Shown one piece after another: positions 49,674-60,220 of a stretch of DNA of 64,000 bases. The first letter of the stretch is position 1; each line of letters begins with the position of its first letter. The notes under the pieces are model-generated. The model saw only the letters and a program-made list of their open reading frames with translations. It searched no databases and was not told the DNA's origin. The DNA is from Pseudomonadota bacterium (GTDB lineage Bacteria; Pseudomonadota; Alphaproteobacteria; Micropepsales; Micropepsaceae), in NCBI GenBank assembly GCA_021851325.1, contig JAJZDZ010000011.1:7424-71423 (forward strand), written 5' to 3'. Made by a program: the position numbers and the translations under genes.

Positions 49674-51008
49674 GTGCGCAGCATCCATGTCATAGGTGGC
49701 GGACTGGCTGGATCAGAAGCGGCATTTCAGGCTGCTGAGGCCGGCTGCCACGTTGTGCTTCACGAAATGCGCCCCCACACCGCAACCGATGCCCATCAAG
49801 GCGACGGTCTTGCCGAACTGGTCTGCTCCAACTCGCTGCGCTCCGATGATGCGATGAACAATGCCGTCGGCCTCCTGCATGAGGAGATGCGACGCGCCGG
49901 CTCGCTGATCCTGCGGTCGGCCGATACCGTCCGCCTGCCTGCCGGCGGCGCGCTGGCTGTCGACCGGCAGGCCTTTTCGCATGCAGTGACCGAGGCCCTG
50001 AGGCGTCATCCCCGCGTCGAAATCCGCCGCGAACAGATCACGCGCCTTCCACCTGAAGACTGGGGTTCCACCATCATTGCCACCGGGCCTCTCACTGCCC
50101 CATCCTTGGCCGCCGCCATCACCGAGGTGACGGGCGAAAGCGCGCTGTCGTTTTTCGATGCCATCGCCCCCATCGTTTATCACGACAGTATCAACTTCGA
50201 GATCGCCTGGATGCAGTCGCGCTATGACAAGGGTGATGGCGCCGACTATATCAATTGTCCTCTCAGCGAAGATGAATACAGGCGCTTTGTCGCCGCGCTG
50301 CTGGCCGGCGAGAAAACCGAATTCAAGGAGTGGGAAGCCTCAACACCTTATTTTGAAGGCTGCCTGCCGATCGAAGTGATGGCCGCGCGCGGTGCCGATA
50401 CCTTGCGCTTTGGACCGATGAAACCCGTCGGTCTTTGCGATCCGCGCCACGGACGGCGGCCCTTTGCCGTGGTTCAGTTGCGCCAGGACAATGCCCTCGG
50501 CACGCTGTGGAACATGGTCGGCTTTCAGACCAAACTGCGACACAGCGAGCAGACCCGCATCTTCCGCATGATCCCGGGCCTCGAAAATGCAAGCTTTGCA
50601 AGGCTCGGCGGACTTCATCGCAACACCTTCATCAATTCCCCGGCCCTGCTCGACGAAAGCCTGCGTCTCAAACAGCGCCCGCTTCTGCGTTTTGCCGGCC
50701 AGATCACCGGCGTCGAAGGTTATGTCGAAAGTGCCGCCATCGGCCTTCTGGCAGGACGGTTCGCAGCGGCCGAGCAAATGGGGCGCGCCCTCGTCAGCCC
50801 TCCGCCAACCACCGCTCTGGGCGCACTCCTGCGCCACATCACTCTCAATGCAGATGCCAAGAGTTTTCAGCCGATGAATGTCAACTTTGGTCTCTTCCCG
50901 GATCTGGAAGCCGGCCGCAGCAAATCAAGGGCACGCAAGCCCGAACTCAGCGCGCGGGCGCTGGCCGATCTGGACCGCTGGCTCGCGGCAGAAGGTGCGG
51001 CGTGCTGA
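49674..51008 (+). CDS. trmFO: Methylenetetrahydrofolate--tRNA-(uracil-5)-methyltransferase
   Basis: It has an FAD-binding N-terminus ([14 protein letters not shown]) and TrmFO/Gid-like motifs ([30 protein letters not shown]). The start is GTG. Confidence 0.92.
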   Translation: MRSIHVIGGGLAGSEAAFQAAEAGCHVVLHEMRPHTATDAHQGDGLAELVCSNSLRSDDAMNNAVGLLHEEMRRAGSLILRSADTVRLPAGGALAVDRQAFSHAVTEALRRHPRVEIRREQITRLPPEDWGSTIIATGPLTAPSLAAAITEVTGESALSFFDAIAPIVYHDSINFEIAWMQSRYDKGDGADYINCPLSEDEYRRFVAALLAGEKTEFKEWEASTPYFEGCLPIEVMAARGADTLRFGPMKPVGLCDPRHGRRPFAVVQLRQDNALGTLWNMVGFQTKLRHSEQTRIFRMIPGLENASFARLGGLHRNTFINSPALLDESLRLKQRPLLRFAGQITGVEGYVESAAIGLLAGRFAAAEQMGRALVSPPPTTALGALLRHITLNADAKSFQPMNVNFGLFPDLEAGRSKSRARKPELSARALADLDRWLAAEGAAC

Positions 51009-51848
51009 TTAGATGCGCGTGCGCAGGGCACGCGCCAGAAGGATGAGCTGGCGCCGCCACTGCGCAATCTCGCTGGCCTGCCGGAACGGATTAAAGCCCG
51101 GACGCAGCATCACCCGCAGATAGGGACCGCACAGGGTTGCTGGCAAGAAGGCGGCAAGCGCACCTGGATCGATCTGAAAGGCCCGCGCGGCATCGAGATG
51201 GCGGAGCGCGCGCGCGCCCATCGCCTGTAGCGCCGGCTCCAGCGCCGGCCCACCTTCGCCGGCAAACAGTTGTTCGCGCGACAGCTCAAGCTGCGCAACC
51301 AAATCCAGCGGCAGGTCGAGTTTGGCCCGCGCGGCGCGATAGGGCATGGCACGCAAAAGACCAGTCAGCCCATAAGCCATACCGGCCGCGCGCGCCAGCG
51401 GGTCAAGACGATCACCTGCGCCCAGAATACGGGCAGCGATGCGCATGACTTCGCCCGCAGTGTCGTCGGCGTAGGTCTCGAGTTCCGCCATGCTCGCAAA
51501 CTCTTCGCTGCTGTCATCCCTGGCGCGGGCATCGATCAGCCCGATAAAGCGCGACGGTTCGACTGCGGTGTGAGCAAAGAGTTCGCACAGAGCTTCCGCC
51601 ACATCGTGACGGCGTGCCCGTCCCAGGGCCGCTTCGTCGACCGTTTCACGCCACCATTGGCGGCGGATCTCGGCCATCATCGGCTCGTTCACGCTCTCGG
51701 CGATACGCGCGACCTCGTAATTGAAGGCATAAAGCGCATAAAGATGCGGCCGCAGCGGTGAGGGTGCGAACAGCGCCGCAAGATAGCGGTCACTATCGTG
51801 ACGGCGTACCAGTTCCTCACATCCTCTGAGTGCCAACTCGGCTGCCAT
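51009..51848 (-). CDS. Phytoene/squalene synthase family protein (NDUFAF6-like)
   Basis: The sequence (HDSDRYLAALFAP...R..L.ALYAFN.E.ARI.E......MAEIRRQWWRE) is typical of the non-carotenoid members of this family. The stop abuts the trmFO stop. Confidence 0.8.
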   Translation of the reverse strand: MAAELALRGCEELVRRHDSDRYLAALFAPSPLRPHLYALYAFNYEVARIAESVNEPMMAEIRRQWWRETVDEAALGRARRHDVAEALCELFAHTAVEPSRFIGLIDARARDDSSEEFASMAELETYADDTAGEVMRIAARILGAGDRLDPLARAAGMAYGLTGLLRAMPYRAARAKLDLPLDLVAQLELSREQLFAGEGGPALEPALQAMGARALRHLDAARAFQIDPGALAAFLPATLCGPYLRVMLRPGFNPFRQASEIAQWRRQLILLARALRTRI

Positions 51849-51976
51849 AGCTTCCCCGAGGCCCCGATCACAGGCCGGCCAGACAGGCGACCGGCGCAAT
51901 AGCGCGCGACGCCTTCACCCCTAAACGCAGGATCATCGCCAATCGTGCCGTGTGCATGGCAAAGAAATGCCCTGCC

Positions 51977-53590
51977 CTAGAAAGCAAGCCGCTTGGGCCG
52001 CACCGTCTGGAACCAGCTCACCACGATGAGCCGGGTGACCATCACCGCCGTGAAGAAGGAGGTGATGATGCCGATGAGCAGGGTGACCGCAAAGCCCCGG
52101 ATCGGTCCTGAGCCGAGCTGGAACAGGATCGCCGAAGCAATGACATGGGTCATGTTGGCGTCGATGATGGTTGCCATCGCCCGTCTGAACCCGGTGTCGA
52201 TCGAGGCGATGATGGTTCGGCCATTGCGGATCTCTTCTCGGATGCGCTCATAGATCAGCACATTGGCATCGACGGCCATACCCATGGTGAGCACGATACC
52301 GGCAATGCCGGGAAGGGTCAGGGTGGCGCCAATCAGCGTCAGCGTGGCCAGTAGCAGGACGACGTTCAGCGTCAGTGCCACATCGGCAAAGATACCAAAC
52401 AGGCCGTAGCGCAAGACCATAAAGATGACGACAAGGATGAGGCCCGCGATCGCCGAATATTTTCCGGCGCGTACCGAATCGGCGCCCAGTTCGGCCCCCA
52501 CCGTGCGCTCCTCAAGGATCTTGAGCGGTGCAGGAAGGGCGCCGGCACGCAACAAGAGCGCCAGATCATTGGCCTGCTGCACCGTGAAATTACCATCGAT
52601 GCGGCCTGAACCGCCCAAAATCGGTTCCTGGATCACCGGGTAGCTGATCACTTTGTGGTCAAGGACGATCGCAAATTGGCGGCCGACATTGTCCTTGGTC
52701 ACCTTCGCAAACTGGCGCGCTCCCACGGTGTCAAAACGGAAATCGACCTCAGGCTGCTGGGTCTGCTGGTCAATGCCGGCGGACGCATTAATCAGTCTCT
52801 CGCCCGATACCATGACCCGGCGCTGGACAACTACCGGAATGGGCGGCCCATTCTTGACGGGATTCTTCATATAAAGAAGTTCATCGCCGATCGGCACGAT
52901 CCCTTTCACCGCCTCAGGAATGGAGGCGGTCTCATCGACGAGTTGGAAGGTCATCTTGGCGGTCTTGCCAAGAATAGTCTTCATGCGGCTGGGATCCTGC
53001 AGGCCCGGAACCTGCACGAGGATGCGCTGGGTATCCTGCTGCTCGATGGTGGGTTCACGCGTACCCATCGCATCGATGCGCCGGCGCACCACTTCGATCG
53101 ACTGGCTGACGATCTGCGAGCGCATCTGCACGATATAGCTGTCGGTCAGCGCCATATTCAGGACGCCATGCGAGAGGGTGACCGCATATTCATGGGCCCC
53201 CACCGACAAAAGACCGCCGCTGGCAGAGGGATTGAGGCCATCGAGAATCTGGCGGGCCTTGTCGAGCTTGGCCGGATTGATGATCTGGACCGAGACCGCA
53301 TGGCCTTTGGCCTGCAGATTGCGATACCCGATGTCAGCCTTGCGCAGTCCCATACGGATGTCAGCGACGAGGGTATTCAGCCGGTCCTCGATCACCTTGT
53401 TGAGCTCGACTTCCAGCAGCAGATAGGAGCCGCCCTGCAGGTCGAGGCCGAGCGTCACCTGACTCTTGGGCATGAACCCCGGCAGGCTGGCGATCTGCGC
53501 TTTGGTCAGGGCATTGGGCAAAGCAATCAGGATCCCGGCGATCAGGATGAGGCCGGTGAGGATCTTGGACCAGGTCGGGATCTGCAGCAT
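51977..53590 (-). CDS. secD: Protein translocase subunit SecD
   Basis: The 537-aa ORF has an N-terminal TM segment, a large periplasmic domain (LGLDLQGGSYLLLEV) and a C-terminal six-TM bundle (GIAGIVLTMGMAVDANVLIYERIREE). Confidence 0.92.
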   Translation of the reverse strand: MLQIPTWSKILTGLILIAGILIALPNALTKAQIASLPGFMPKSQVTLGLDLQGGSYLLLEVELNKVIEDRLNTLVADIRMGLRKADIGYRNLQAKGHAVSVQIINPAKLDKARQILDGLNPSASGGLLSVGAHEYAVTLSHGVLNMALTDSYIVQMRSQIVSQSIEVVRRRIDAMGTREPTIEQQDTQRILVQVPGLQDPSRMKTILGKTAKMTFQLVDETASIPEAVKGIVPIGDELLYMKNPVKNGPPIPVVVQRRVMVSGERLINASAGIDQQTQQPEVDFRFDTVGARQFAKVTKDNVGRQFAIVLDHKVISYPVIQEPILGGSGRIDGNFTVQQANDLALLLRAGALPAPLKILEERTVGAELGADSVRAGKYSAIAGLILVVIFMVLRYGLFGIFADVALTLNVVLLLATLTLIGATLTLPGIAGIVLTMGMAVDANVLIYERIREEIRNGRTIIASIDTGFRRAMATIIDANMTHVIASAILFQLGSGPIRGFAVTLLIGIITSFFTAVMVTRLIVVSWFQTVRPKRLAF

Positions 53591-53599
53591 GGCTCCGGA

Positions 53600-53944
53600 T
53601 CAGGCCTTCTTTTCCGCCTTGGTCTTGTCAGCCTTCGGATCGACCGGCTGGCCCTTGGCGCGTACATCGGACAGGGTGGAGCGCACGATCTTGACCTGGA
53701 TCCCTTCGGCGATCTCCACCGTGATCTCCGGATCATCGGCCTGGGGCACCTTGGCCACCTTGCCAACAATGCCGCCGGCGGTGACGACCGTGTCGCCCCG
53801 CCGCACATTGTCCACCATCTGGCGGTGCTGCTTGATCTTCTGCTGCTGGGGGCGGATCACCAGCAGGTACATGATCGCAAATACCGCAATCAGCGGCAAA
53901 ATCGAGGTGAAAAAACTGTCGTTCATAGACGGGTCCGGGAACAA
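53600..53944 (-). CDS. yajC: Preprotein translocase subunit YajC
   Basis: The 114-aa ORF has a single TM segment, then YLLVIRPQQQK.K.H..M...V..GD.VVT.GGI.G.V. Confidence 0.9.
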   Translation of the reverse strand: MFPDPSMNDSFFTSILPLIAVFAIMYLLVIRPQQQKIKQHRQMVDNVRRGDTVVTAGGIVGKVAKVPQADDPEITVEIAEGIQVKIVRSTLSDVRAKGQPVDPKADKTKAEKKA

Positions 53945-54035
53945 TCTGCTAGGCGGGCGCAGGACGCGGCCGTAAGGCGGGGGACTATAGCGGCGGCGGC
54001 CCTCAATGCAACAATCGCCTTCAAGGACTTATCGC

Positions 54036-54923
54036 ATGGCAGAACAGGCGGAACTTGAACTGGGCCAGCTTCTGGCCCGCATCGCGGCTGCCCTCGAGCG
54101 GCAGGCCCCGCCGCCGGCACCAAACTGTGACTTTGCCGGCGATGCCTTCGTCTTCGAGCCCCCGGGTCTGATCGGCGTCGCGGAGGTGGCGGTGGTGCCG
54201 CTCGCGCTGCTCAAGGGCATTGATCACGCCCGCCAAACCCTCAGCGAGAACACTCGCCGCTTTGCCGATGGCCTGCCAGCCAACAATGCGCTTCTGTGGG
54301 GGGCTCGCGGCATGGGCAAGAGCTCGCTCGTCAAAGCCGTCCATGCTGCGGTCAATGAGGGTCGCAGCGGCCCGGCGCGGCTCGCCCTGATCGAGATCCA
54401 CCGCGAAGACATCGCGGCGCTGCCGCTGCTTCTGCGCCTCATCAAAGCGAGCCCGCGCCGTTTCCTGCTCTTTTGCGACGATCTGTCCTTCGACACCGAC
54501 GACACGGCCTATAAGTCTCTGAAAGCCGCGCTTGAGGGCGGTATCGAGGGGCGGCCCGCCAATGTGCTGTTCTATGCTACCTCCAACCGCCGCCACCTGA
54601 TGCCCCGCGACATGCTCGACAATGAGCGTTCAACCGCGATCAATCCGTCCGAAGCGGTGGAAGAGAAGGTGTCCCTCTCCGACCGCTTTGGTCTGTGGCT
54701 GGGCTTTCACGCCACCTCGCAGGACGATTACCTGGCCATGGTCGAGGCCTATGCGCGCTATTTTGCCCTGCCGATCGCAGCGAGCGAACTTCGGTCCCGT
54801 GCCATCGCCTGGGCAGCCCAGCGGGGCGGACGTTCGGGGCGGGTGGCCTGGCAGTTCATCCAGGACCTCGCCGGGGAACTCGGCCAGAGCCTCAACGCCT
54901 CAGCTGGAGGCGCTGGCCATTAG
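54036..54923 (+). CDS. AAA-type ATP-binding protein, DUF815 family
   Basis: It has a Walker A motif (LWGARGMGKSSLVKA) and a Walker B-like motif (FLLFCDDLSF). Confidence 0.8.
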   Translation: MAEQAELELGQLLARIAAALERQAPPPAPNCDFAGDAFVFEPPGLIGVAEVAVVPLALLKGIDHARQTLSENTRRFADGLPANNALLWGARGMGKSSLVKAVHAAVNEGRSGPARLALIEIHREDIAALPLLLRLIKASPRRFLLFCDDLSFDTDDTAYKSLKAALEGGIEGRPANVLFYATSNRRHLMPRDMLDNERSTAINPSEAVEEKVSLSDRFGLWLGFHATSQDDYLAMVEAYARYFALPIAASELRSRAIAWAAQRGGRSGRVAWQFIQDLAGELGQSLNASAGGAGH

Positions 54924-55901
54924 CAGTGGCGCGGGGTTCAGCGGTTTGACGCCGTGGCGGATCTCGAAGTGCAACTGCGGCACCTGCATCCCCCCGGTGG
55001 TACCGGCATAGCCGATCACCTGACCTGCCGTGACATGGGTATTGCGCGCCACCAGCAGACGCTCGGCATGGGCGTAGGCGGTGATGTAGCCATCGCGATG
55101 ACGGATGAGAACGAGATTGCCATAAGCTTTAAGCCCATCGCCGGCATAAATCACGGTCCCTGAAGCTGCGGCGCGGATGGGCGCACCCTCACGGGTGGCG
55201 ATATTGATGCCATCATTGCGCCCGCCATCAGGCAGGGCGCCAAAGCCTTCGATCACCTTGCCCGACACCGGCCACAGGAACCGTGGCGCCCCATCCGCCT
55301 GGGCCACGCCGGGCGGCAAAAGCGGGCGCGGCACGGCGCGGTTCTGGGCCACCCGCGCCGGCACGGAGGCTGGTGGCAACAGCGGACGCGGCAGAGCTGA
55401 GGACTGCGCCACCGGCGCCGGCAGGCCGCCAAGCGGCAGGCGTCGCGGCCTCGCCTGGTCGTGCGCGGTGAAAACCGCCTGCGTGGGCGCAAGTGCAGCT
55501 CCGGACCCAGGCAAACCCGACCCGGTCACGGCGGCAAGCCGCAGCCGCGGGCGCGGGCGCGGTATTGGGACCAGACGTGCCACCGCGGTGACGGGGGCAG
55601 CCGGGGCTCCGGCGACGTAATTGGCGGGCGGTATGCGCAACACCTCACCCGGATAGATCCGGCTGGGGGAAAGGATGCGGTTATAGGCCGCCAGGGTGGT
55701 GTAGGGGATGTGGAAGGACCCCGCGATCCGCGACAGGGTATCACCTGGGCGCACCCGGTAGGTCGCTCCCACCGGCCAGAAAAACGCTGTTCTGCCTGGG
55801 GGAGAGGAAGCACAGGCCGTCAGCGACAGGCCCAGAGCCAACAACACCACAAGCCGCAGCGGTCTTGCCAACCGCATGCGCGGGTGATCGTTCCTTACCA
55901 T
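54900..55901 (-). CDS. LysM-domain M23 family metallopeptidase lipoprotein (NlpD-like)
   Basis: It has a lipobox (LGLSLTAC), a LysM domain (YRVRPGDTLSRIA...YNRI), a proline-rich linker and M23 motifs (GINI, HRDGYITAYAHA). Its position upstream of pcm-surE is typical of nlpD. Confidence 0.85.
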   Translation of the reverse strand: MVRNDHPRMRLARPLRLVVLLALGLSLTACASSPPGRTAFFWPVGATYRVRPGDTLSRIAGSFHIPYTTLAAYNRILSPSRIYPGEVLRIPPANYVAGAPAAPVTAVARLVPIPRPRPRLRLAAVTGSGLPGSGAALAPTQAVFTAHDQARPRRLPLGGLPAPVAQSSALPRPLLPPASVPARVAQNRAVPRPLLPPGVAQADGAPRFLWPVSGKVIEGFGALPDGGRNDGINIATREGAPIRAAASGTVIYAGDGLKAYGNLVLIRHRDGYITAYAHAERLLVARNTHVTAGQVIGYAGTTGGMQVPQLHFEIRHGVKPLNPAPLLMASASS

Positions 55902-55911
55902 GACGCGTCTC

Positions 55912-56580
55912 CTAGGGCAGACCGGCTACCATTGGCACGAACAGGACCTTGATCAGGCTTTGCTCGCTAAGACCCTCTTGGCTGTGGATAATCTTGGTTA
56001 AAGATTGATAAATACTTTCCACGGGAAGGTTTTGCGGCTCCTGGGGGGCCACCGGGGCGATCAGGATACCGCCTGGTTTCAGCTGATCAATCAATGCCTT
56101 AGGAACATTTTCGACCGCCGCGGTCAAGATAATGCGGTCAAAAGGTGCTTGCTCCGGCCAGCCCTTAAGACCATCGCCATGACGGGTCACGACGTTATGC
56201 AGCTTAAGCTTTTCGAGGCGCTTGCGGGCCGCCTCCAGCAAGGGCCGGTGACGTTCGACCGAGTAGACGCGGCCGGCCAGGTGCGCCAGCACCGCCGCCT
56301 GGTAGCCCGATCCGGTTCCGATTTCGAGCACCCGCATCCGCGGCCCCACCTCAAGGGCCTCGCTCATATAGGCAACCACATAAGGCTGGCTGATGGTCTG
56401 ACCGCAGGCGATCGGAATGGCCCGGTCGGTATAGGCCTCAGCGACGAAGACCTCGTCGACGAAGTCCTCGCGCGGCACCTTTTCCATGGCCTCAAGGATA
56501 CTCTGGTTGGCAATGCCTTTGCCGCGCAGCGCCATCACCAGCTGGGCGCGGCCATGCAGATTGGGCGAGCTGTGAGCCAT
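55912..56580 (-). CDS. pcm: Protein-L-isoaspartate O-methyltransferase
   Basis: It has TISQPYVVAYM and the SAM motif VLEIGTGSGYQAAVLA. Confidence 0.9.
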   Translation of the reverse strand: MAHSSPNLHGRAQLVMALRGKGIANQSILEAMEKVPREDFVDEVFVAEAYTDRAIPIACGQTISQPYVVAYMSEALEVGPRMRVLEIGTGSGYQAAVLAHLAGRVYSVERHRPLLEAARKRLEKLKLHNVVTRHGDGLKGWPEQAPFDRIILTAAVENVPKALIDQLKPGGILIAPVAPQEPQNLPVESIYQSLTKIIHSQEGLSEQSLIKVLFVPMVAGLP

Positions 56581-56582
56581 CC

Positions 56583-57356
56583 CTAGTCCTTGAAGCTCTC
56601 GCGCAACCGCGCCAGCACGGCACCTTCCGTCAGGTTCAGGTGCAGCGGGGTCACGGCAATGCGTCCTGCCATCATCGCCGCCAGATCGGAACCCTCCACC
56701 GGCTCTGAACGGACCCGCCGAAAGCCGATCCAGTAATAGGGATTGCCACGCATGTCGCTGCGACGGTCGATGACCGCGGTCTGCAGGTCACGTTTGCCCT
56801 GCATGGCCATAGCCACGCCCTTGACCTCGTCCGGACCGCAGGGGGGAAAATTGACATTGAGGAGGACACGGCCCGGCTCGTGCCAGTCGAGCTCGAGCAG
56901 CCTGCGGACCAGCACGGGGCCATGATGCGCGGCGCAGTGCCAGGGCACCTCACTGCCCTTCTCACTGTCAAAGGCCTGGCTGAGGGCAATGGAGGCAATA
57001 CCAAGCGCCGTCCCTTCCATCGCCCCGGCGATGGTGCCGGAATAGGTGACATCATCCGCGAGATTGGCGCCCCGGTTCACGCCAGACAGCACAAGGTCCG
57101 GCTTGCCGTCCTTGATGATCTCGGCACAGGCCATGAGGACGCAATCGGTCGGCGTGCCCGAAATCGCATAATGCCGCGGCCCTACTTCGCGCAGGCGTAG
57201 CGGCTCGGCCAGCGTGAGCGAGTGCGAGGCGCCGGACTGTTCACTCTCCGGCGCCACCACCCAGACATCATCACTGAGGCTGCGGGCGATCGCTTCGGCG
57301 ATCCGAAGACCCGGAGCATGAATCCCATCATCATTGGTTACGAGAATGCGCATCAC
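56583..57356 (-). CDS. surE: 5'/3'-nucleotidase SurE
   Basis: It has the N-terminal signature MRILVTNDDGIHAPG and later SGVNRGANL...YSGT. Confidence 0.93.
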   Translation of the reverse strand: MMRILVTNDDGIHAPGLRIAEAIARSLSDDVWVVAPESEQSGASHSLTLAEPLRLREVGPRHYAISGTPTDCVLMACAEIIKDGKPDLVLSGVNRGANLADDVTYSGTIAGAMEGTALGIASIALSQAFDSEKGSEVPWHCAAHHGPVLVRRLLELDWHEPGRVLLNVNFPPCGPDEVKGVAMAMQGKRDLQTAVIDRRSDMRGNPYYWIGFRRVRSEPVEGSDLAAMMAGRIAVTPLHLNLTEGAVLARLRESFKD

Positions 57357-57389
57357 TACCCCATGCTTGCTGTCTGTGGCCCAGGCGCG

Positions 57390-58787
57390 TTACTGCGCCC
57401 GCTCGATGCGCGCCAAAGACCCCATGTAAGGCCGCAAGGCCGTTGGTATCTCGATGGAGCCATCGGCGTTCTGATAGTTTTCGACTATCGCAACCAGCGC
57501 CCGCCCCACTGCCAGCCCCGAACCGTTGAGGGTATGGACAAAGCGGGTCGCCTTGGCGGCGGCCGGGCGGTAGCGCAGATTCATGCGACGGGCCTGAAAA
57601 TCTCCGCAATTGGAACACGAGGAAATCTCGCGATAGCGCTGCTGACCGGCCAGCCAGACTTCGATGTCATAGGTCTTGCGTGCCGCAAACCCCATATCAC
57701 CCGTGCACAGCGTGACAACGCGATGTTTGAGTTCCAGGCGCTTCAGTACCTCCTGCGCGGCATCGGTCATGCGCTCGTGTTCGGCCGCGGATTGTTCAGG
57801 CGTCGTGATCGATACCAGCTCGACCTTGGCAAACTGGTGCATGCGGATCATGCCGCGGGTGTCACGTCCGGCCGCGCCGGCTTCCGAGCGAAAGCAGGGC
57901 GTATGGGCGGTCGCGCGATAGGGCAGAATCGCTTCATCGACGATCTCGCCGCTCAGATAATTGGTGAGGGTGACCTCCGCGGTCGGAATGAGCCACAGCC
58001 GCAGATCCGCCGGAAACGGAATCTGGGCCGGATCTTCACCACGCGCCTCCGCCCGGCCCAGTGCCCGGTAGTGCTCTGCCAGGGCACCATCACGCGCCGT
58101 ACCAAACAGATCCGCCGCGAATTTGGGCAGCTGACCGGTGCCAAACATCGCCTCATCGCGAACCATGAGCGGGGTCGAGGTTTCGGTGTAGCCGAAGCAC
58201 TCCGTGTGCAGATCGAGCATGAAATTGGCCAGAGCCCGTTCCAGCCGCGCCAGATGGCGCAGCAGATAGACAAAGCGTGATCCGGACACCTTGGCCGCAC
58301 GCTCAAAGTCCATCATGCCCAGCATCTCGCCGAGTTCGAAATGCTCCCGCGGCTGATTGAGCGCCGCCGCCGGAAGGGCACGTGCCGGCGCAAAGGCGCG
58401 CGCGTCAACCACGACATTGGCAGCTTCATCGGCCCCGTCAGGAATCTCCGGCGCCGGCAGATTGGGCCATTTGGCAAGCTCGGCGCGCAGCTCGCCCTCA
58501 AGCTGGCGCTCCTCGTCCTCGCCACGCTGGATCGCCGTCTTCAGCCCGGCGACCTCATCCATCAGTGCCGCAGCCAGATCGTCATCCTTGGCCGCCTTGG
58601 CCTTGCCGATGGCCTTGGAGGCTTCGTTGCGCCGGGCCTGCTTGGCCTGCAGGTCGCTCAAGAGGCTGCGCAGCGCCGTATCGCGCCGCAGCAGTTCGGC
58701 CGCGATCGCGGCGCCGTCGAGCCCGCGCCGGTTGAGGCCGGCGATGAAGGTGCTGGCATCCTCGCGAATGGCCTTGATGTCGTGCAT
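57390..58787 (-). CDS. serS: Serine--tRNA ligase
   Basis: It has the N-terminal coiled-coil arm ([10 protein letters not shown]...) and class II motifs ([33 protein letters not shown]). I chose the second in-frame Met. Confidence 0.93.
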   Translation of the reverse strand: MHDIKAIREDASTFIAGLNRRGLDGAAIAAELLRRDTALRSLLSDLQAKQARRNEASKAIGKAKAAKDDDLAAALMDEVAGLKTAIQRGEDEERQLEGELRAELAKWPNLPAPEIPDGADEAANVVVDARAFAPARALPAAALNQPREHFELGEMLGMMDFERAAKVSGSRFVYLLRHLARLERALANFMLDLHTECFGYTETSTPLMVRDEAMFGTGQLPKFAADLFGTARDGALAEHYRALGRAEARGEDPAQIPFPADLRLWLIPTAEVTLTNYLSGEIVDEAILPYRATAHTPCFRSEAGAAGRDTRGMIRMHQFAKVELVSITTPEQSAAEHERMTDAAQEVLKRLELKHRVVTLCTGDMGFAARKTYDIEVWLAGQQRYREISSCSNCGDFQARRMNLRYRPAAAKATRFVHTLNGSGLAVGRALVAIVENYQNADGSIEIPTALRPYMGSLARIERAQ

Positions 58788-58951
58788 GAGAGACGTCCCT
58801 AGATCTGTTCCGTTCATGACTGGCCGAAGGGCCCGTGGACAAGCAAAATTTTTATTGCATCAGCGACAGAGGGCGCTCTTGCCGCGCGGTTGAGGGCGAA
58901 CACGCCCCCCTCCTAAAGCCCGATGGCGAGGAAGGATGCTTGGGCGCCCCC

Positions 58952-59761
58952 TCACGGCGTGTCGGCAGGGGCGCTCTGCCCTTCGCCACGCCGCTTTTCG
59001 ATCAGCCAGACAAAGAAGATCGAGATCTCGTAGAGAAACACGAGCGGGATCGCGAGGCTCATCTGGCTGAACACGTCCGGCGGCGTCAGCACCGCCGCCA
59101 GAGCGAAGATGCCAACGATGGCGTAACGGCGAAACTCACGCAGCTGCTTGGCAGTGACAATACCTATCCGTCCCAGAAGTGTGAGCAGAACGGGCATCTG
59201 GAAGGTCAGACCGAAGGCAAAGATCAGGGTCATGACGAAATTGAGGTAGTCGCTGACCTTGGCCAGCAGCACGATACCAAGACCATTGCTCTGTCCGCTG
59301 GTCTGGAAGCTGGCGAAGAAGTGGATTGCGATCGGCAGCATCACGTAGAAGACGAAGCTGCCGCCAGCGATGAAGAGGACCGGGGTGGCAAACAGGAAGG
59401 GCAGGATCGCGCGCCGCTCATCGCGATAAAGTCCGGGCGCAATGAACAGCCACAGCTGACTTGCGATGATCGGGAAAGACAGGCACAGCCCGCCGAACAT
59501 GCCGACCTTCACATAGGTGAAGAAGGTCTCGTAAAGCGCCGTGTAGATGAGGTGATCATTGCTGCGTCCACGCAATACCCTGGCCAAGGGATCGGTCAGG
59601 AACGCATAGATTTCCCGTGCGAAAAAAAAGCAGATGAGGAAACACACGGCAAACGCGATCAGCGAATAGATCAGCCGCTTGCGCAGTTCGAGCAGATGCT
59701 CGAGAAGCGGCGCCTTGGTCGCTTCCATCGCCGCTTCGTCTTCGGCCGTGCGCTCGCTCAC
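58952..59761 (-). CDS. tatC: Twin-arginine translocase subunit TatC
   Basis: It has six TM segments and shows [15 protein letters not shown] and LTPPDVFSQ. Confidence 0.92.
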   Translation of the reverse strand: MSERTAEDEAAMEATKAPLLEHLLELRKRLIYSLIAFAVCFLICFFFAREIYAFLTDPLARVLRGRSNDHLIYTALYETFFTYVKVGMFGGLCLSFPIIASQLWLFIAPGLYRDERRAILPFLFATPVLFIAGGSFVFYVMLPIAIHFFASFQTSGQSNGLGIVLLAKVSDYLNFVMTLIFAFGLTFQMPVLLTLLGRIGIVTAKQLREFRRYAIVGIFALAAVLTPPDVFSQMSLAIPLVFLYEISIFFVWLIEKRRGEGQSAPADTP

Positions 59762-60202
59762 CTAGGGCCCCGTCGGCGTTGCACCCGCCGATGGCGGATC
59801 GCGACGCGGCGCATCGGGCTCCACGGCGGCGGCGGGCGTCTCAGCCACCAAGGGGGGCGCAGGCTCGGCCACAGCAGCGGTCTCGCTCGCTCCCGCGCTT
59901 GGGCTCTCGGTTGCGGGCGTGGCCGCGGGCGCGCCAGCGCGCAGGATCGAACGGTTGAACTCGTCCTGGAAGCGGGTCACAGGATTATGTCCCCGCAGCG
60001 CCGAAATTTCACGGCGCAATTCATCAAGCTCGGTTTCGCGGGTCAATTCATCAAAGCCGGCACGAAACTGGTCCGCCATGCGACGGGCCTTACCGACCCA
60101 TCGTCCCACCATGCGGATCAGCCGCGGCAGATCCTTTGGTCCCACCACGACAAGCGCGACGACGAGCACGAGAAGGAGCTCGCTCCAGCCGATGTCGAAC
60201 AT
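59762..60202 (-). CDS. tatB: Twin-arginine translocase subunit TatB
   Basis: It has the N-terminus MFDIGWSELLLVLVVALVVVGPKDLPR followed by an amphipathic helix and a Pro/Ala-rich tail. Confidence 0.85.
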   Translation of the reverse strand: MFDIGWSELLLVLVVALVVVGPKDLPRLIRMVGRWVGKARRMADQFRAGFDELTRETELDELRREISALRGHNPVTRFQDEFNRSILRAGAPAATPATESPSAGASETAAVAEPAPPLVAETPAAAVEPDAPRRDPPSAGATPTGP

Positions 60203-60220
60203 GGCCCACCCTGTCCCGCG

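Noticed and set aside
52655-54058. A 467-aa plus-strand ORF.
   Set aside because: It is antisense to secD and yajC. It is a shadow ORF.
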